DNA from: a virus
Taxonomy: Duplodnaviria > Heunggongvirae > Uroviricota > Caudoviricetes
DNA: 47,387 nucleotides
IMG/VR virus record: IMGVR_UViG_2859827302_000001
Strand: one strand, 5' to 3'
Each line of letters starts with the position of its first letter. Position 1 is the stretch's first letter. Positions 44,264-47,387 of the stretch are shown in pieces. Made by a program: the position numbers and the translations under genes. The notes beneath the pieces are model-generated. The model saw only the letters and a list, made by a program, of their open reading frames with translations. It was not told where the DNA came from and searched no databases.

Positions 44264-44661
44264 CGCTTCAGTTCCTGTATCAGCAGAGTCAGGAGCTTTT
44301 CGCTGACATTGCCATTGAAGCGGAGCGTCCCGTGCCGGAACGTTACCTCACAGCTGATACTGAGGGTTTCCGGATCCTCTGCGAGCGATTCTGGCTGTTC
44401 GGCAGCTGCATCGAGAGTCACAGGAAGTAGCTGGGGGCTCTCTGAAGAAGGTAATAGCAGCTTTCCCTCGCGCCATTGTTGTCGCCATTTGAACAACAGA
44501 TTGGCGTTAATGCCATTTTCAAGAGCAAGTTTTGAGATGGATATCCCGGGTTCACAGGAGGCAGCAACGAGCTGCTGTTTAAATTCGGGAAGATAATTAG
44601 GGCAGCCTTTTCGCCTGCCGGGATTCACATTTTTCTGCATATCTGACACTTTGGTTCCCAC
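44260..44661 (-). CDS. IS66 family TnpA (orf1)
   Basis: 133-aa ORF, first in operon. Confidence 0.7.
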   Translation of the reverse strand: MGTKVSDMQKNVNPGRRKGCPNYLPEFKQQLVAASCEPGISISKLALENGINANLLFKWRQQWREGKLLLPSSESPQLLPVTLDAAAEQPESLAEDPETLSISCEVTFRHGTLRFNGNVSEKLLTLLIQELKR

Positions 44662-45086
44662 TACTTATTTGGTGGACACCACTTTGTCTAATTCGTCAGA
44701 TTCTGACCAGACGGTTCAGGCTGTACGCTTACGCCTGCGCCGCATTGCGTATTACACAGCTTTTTGTAGATATATTTCCAGGCAGGCAGTGAAGAAGGTA
44801 AAACATGGAAATGGAATCAAATTGACCATGTAACGCCGCGGGATAAGGTTCAAAAACATCATGGCTAATTTTATGTTTAATTTTTGATTCCCCAGCCCTT
44901 GTAGATGCCGCGTTCAGACTAGCTTCGTTCAAATCCATTAAAGATATCAGACTACTCTCAGGTACGTGAGTAAGGTAAAACCCAGTTCCAACACCAATAT
45001 CCAGATGGTTGTTACCTACATGTTCCAGAAAGTGTGGAAGAAGGTGTTCCTTTGTAGGACATCCCCATGCAGGTAATGACTCCAAC

Positions 45087-45464
45087 TTATTGATAGTGTT
45101 TTATGTTCAGATAATGCCCGATGACTTTGTCATGCAGCTCCACCGATTTTGAGAACGACAGCGACTTCCGTCCCAGCCGTGCCAGGTGCTGCCTCAGATT
45201 CAGGTTATGCCGCTCAATTCGCTGCGTATATCGCTTGCTGATTACGTGCAGCTTTCCCTTCAGGCGGGATTCATACAGTGGCCAGCCATCCGTCATCCAT
45301 ATCACCACGTCAAAGGGTGACAGCAAGCTCATAAGACGCCCCAGCGTCGCCATAGTGCGTTTACCGAATACGTGCGCAACAACCGTCTTCCGGAGCCTGT
45401 CATACGCGTAAAACAGCCAGCGCTGGCGCGATTTAGCCCCGACGTATCCCCACTGTTCGTCCAT
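45087..45464 (-). CDS. insB: IS1 InsB
   Basis: ORF track gives the 125-aa part after an internal Met. Confidence 0.8.
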   Translation of the reverse strand: MDEQWGYVGAKSRQRWLFYAYDRLRKTVVAHVFGKRTMATLGRLMSLLSPFDVVIWMTDGWPLYESRLKGKLHVISKRYTQRIERHNLNLRQHLARLGRKSLSFSKSVELHDKVIGHYLNIKHYQ

Positions 45465-45508
45465 TTCCGCGCAGACGATGACGTCACTGCCCGGCTGTAT
45501 GCGCGAGG

Positions 45509-45784
45509 TTACCGACTGCGGCCTGAGTTTTTTAAGTGACGTAAAATCGTGTTGAGGCTAACGCCCATAATGCGTGCAGTTGCCCGGCATCCAACGCCAT
45601 TCATGGCCATATCAATAATTTTCTGGTGCGTACCGGGTTGAGAAGCGGTGTAAGTGAACTGCAGTTGCCATGTTTTACGGCAGTGAGAGCAGAGATAGCG
45701 CTGATGTCCGGCAGTGCTTTTGCCGTTACGCACCACCCCGTCAGTAGCTGAACAGGAGGGACAGCTGATAGAAACAGAAGCCAC
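45509..45784 (-). CDS. insA: IS1 InsA
   Basis: [23 protein letters not shown]... Confidence 0.9.
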   Translation of the reverse strand: MASVSISCPSCSATDGVVRNGKSTAGHQRYLCSHCRKTWQLQFTYTASQPGTHQKIIDMAMNGVGCRATARIMGVSLNTILRHLKNSGRSR

Positions 45785-46008
45785 TGGAGCACCTCAAAAA
45801 CACCATCATACACTAAATCAGTAAGTTGGCAGCATCACCCCCCATGCAAGCCGATTTGATACTCCCAAAACCCACCAGTCATAAAGCTTTAGGGTAAGTG
45901 GTGTGTAAATTTTAGCCCCATCATCTGTGTTTTTTTTCATTGATTTCACCATGTTATGGTTTTATTTGTGAATTAAATCAATTATGGCGATGAATTACAA
46001 GGGGTTAA

Positions 46009-46266
46009 ATGCTGCCGCAGCATAGCGATATTGAAATAGCCTGGTATGCTTCGATACAGCAGGAGCCGAATGGCTGGAAGACCGTCACCACACAGTTCTA
46101 TATCCAGGAATTCAGTGAGTATATTGCGCCACTGCAGGATGCTGTAGATCTGGAAATCGCAACGGAGGAAGAAAGATCGTTGCTGGAGGCATGGAATAAA
46201 TACCGGGTATTAGTGAGTCGGATTGATATAAATACAGCCCCGGATATCGTATGGCCTGAGCTGTGA
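46009..46266 (+). pseudogene. tfa: tail fibre assembly protein C-terminal fragment
   Basis: [48 protein letters not shown] matches lambda Tfa C-terminus; upstream sequence unrelated. Confidence 0.55.
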
Positions 46267-46276
46267 TTAAACGGAA

Positions 46277-46822
46277 TTATGTGTGAGATGAATTATAAAT
46301 AATTTCAGAGTGAAATTTGGTAATGAATGTGGAGTCATCAGGAATGTCATGCAGTACCAATGCATGAGCTCCTATTTTTACATTATTCCCTATATGCACT
46401 TTGCCACCAAGGATGGTGGCGTTACAGCCAATGGTTACATTATTTCCTATGACAATATCCATATCATTAAATTCACCGCGAAGTCCAATAGTTACCCCAG
46501 GCTTAATTGAACAATTTTCACCTATTGTAACTTTGTGACCGATAACAACGCCATTGAGATAAGATATGTCGAACCCTTTACCAATATTTACAGTTAAGGG
46601 AACGGTTACATTGTATTTATCAAGAATGAAGCGTTCTATTTTTCCTGCAATCTTTCGCCGGTATCCGCCTTTATCAAAAAGATATTTTGCTATGCGCCAC
46701 CAAAATAAATAACGTGATCTTCTGTGTTTTATTGCGCGAACAATTGCTTTTCGCCAGGAGAAAGGGCGTTTACAACCTATTACTTCATAGTGTATACACT
46801 TTTTAAGTTCACTAATATTCAT
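46277..46822 (-). CDS. hexapeptide-repeat (left-handed beta-helix) acetyltransferase, AT-rich cargo gene
   Basis: Repeated [LIV]GxxxxIGxN hexapeptide pattern (VVIGHKVTIGENCSIKPGVTIG...VIGNNVTIGCNATILGGKVHIGNNVKIGAHALV). Confidence 0.7.
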   Translation of the reverse strand: MNISELKKCIHYEVIGCKRPFSWRKAIVRAIKHRRSRYLFWWRIAKYLFDKGGYRRKIAGKIERFILDKYNVTVPLTVNIGKGFDISYLNGVVIGHKVTIGENCSIKPGVTIGLRGEFNDMDIVIGNNVTIGCNATILGGKVHIGNNVKIGAHALVLHDIPDDSTFITKFHSEIIYNSSHT

Positions 46823-47138
46823 ATATCTATTATTCAGTAAAGATAATTCTGTAACTTATTATTATATTAGGTTTAATGGGCTTTTTCTACAGTTTACTGT
46901 ATTACTCTCACGCCGGAGCAATAGGCACAGGCCGGACGACAAATTGCATCAGGAGTTTCTCGCCAGAAGGTGGTGATCATCTATGATGTTGGCGTATCGA
47001 CTTTGTATAAGAAGTTTCCGGTCGGAGATGAATGAAACCGTAGCACGTCGTATGCAAGAACGTGCCACGGCTGGCTGGCGAACTTTCGATAGTGCGAGTA
47101 TTGAATGATTTCCAGCCGTTACCGATTTTACGTGTTAA

Positions 47139-47387
47139 TTAGTGAAAAAACCACTCGTCAGCAGACTTCCAGGTATCTTTCAGAGTCTCCTGAACAAAAG
47201 TTTTAGCTGAATCTTTATCGGCGGTGCGCGTAACAGAAAGGCCATCGTTGCTGGTGGCTTTTACGATCACCTCTACATCGTCATAACGTTTACTGATGCG
47301 TCGGGTTAATTCTTCCTTTAACGCATCCACAGCACCGTTTGGCATTTTAGTGATTTTTTCTTTAGCGATACAGATCTCAACACGCAT
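47139..47387 (-). CDS. DinI-family protein
   Basis: 82 aa, ends with ...TWKSADEWF like DinI (...TWESADDWF); start codon is the last triplet of the window. Confidence 0.7.
   Translation of the reverse strand: MRVEICIAKEKITKMPNGAVDALKEELTRRISKRYDDVEVIVKATSNDGLSVTRTADKDSAKTFVQETLKDTWKSADEWFFH

Larger units (their letters stand above)
42293..44732 (-). mobile_element. IS66-family element (about 2440 bp)
   Basis: Ends begin GTAAGCGT on both sides; three-ORF tnpA/tnpB/tnpC layout; flanks are unrelated (no TSD). Confidence 0.8.
45072..45839 (-). mobile_element. IS1 (768 bp, a different isoform from the other two) with 9-bp TSD CCCCATGCA
   Basis: Duplication at 45063..45071 and 45840..45848. Confidence 0.9.
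44733..45940 (-). pseudogene. class I SAM-dependent methyltransferase (yfdM-like), split by IS1 and 3'-truncated by the IS66 element
   Basis: Restored N-terminus MKKNTDDGAKIYTPL...HLDIGVGTGFYL (motif I); frame continuous across IS1 plus TSD. Confidence 0.55.

Overview
This window is almost entirely a defective, IS-riddled lambdoid prophage integrated in the curli regulator gene mlrA (yehV) of an Escherichia/Shigella chromosome; the IS load (three IS1, two IS911, IS2, IS629, IS600-like pieces, an IS66-family element) looks Shigella-like. All calls come from reading the ORF translations and sequence by eye against remembered lambda/IS sequences; no database search was run. Order left to right: mlrA 3' part, att junction, int (split by IS911), xis, early-left genes, then an IS911 (itself carrying a nested IS600-like element) that replaces the whole immunity/replication/Q module, a 5'-truncated DNA methylase, three tRNAs, a DUF1737-like gene plus nanS-p esterase, the lysis cassette (holin, an unknown IS1-disrupted gene, SAR endolysin, Rz/Rz1), cos, then a lambda-like structural module from nu1 to stf. 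Within that module nu1 carries IS629, portal B carries IS2, FII is frameshifted, J has an in-frame amber codon and stf carries IS1. The right end is a mosaic of tfa fragments, an IS600-like fragment, an IS66-family element, an IS1-disrupted methyltransferase, an AT-rich hexapeptide acetyltransferase and a dinI-like gene. No stx genes and no CRISPR array are present. I did not find a clear multi-gene novel system; the best candidates for something undescribed are the unknown gene in the lysis cassette, the hairpin-flanked non-coding spacer between tail genes I and J, and the AT-rich acetyltransferase cargo at the right end.
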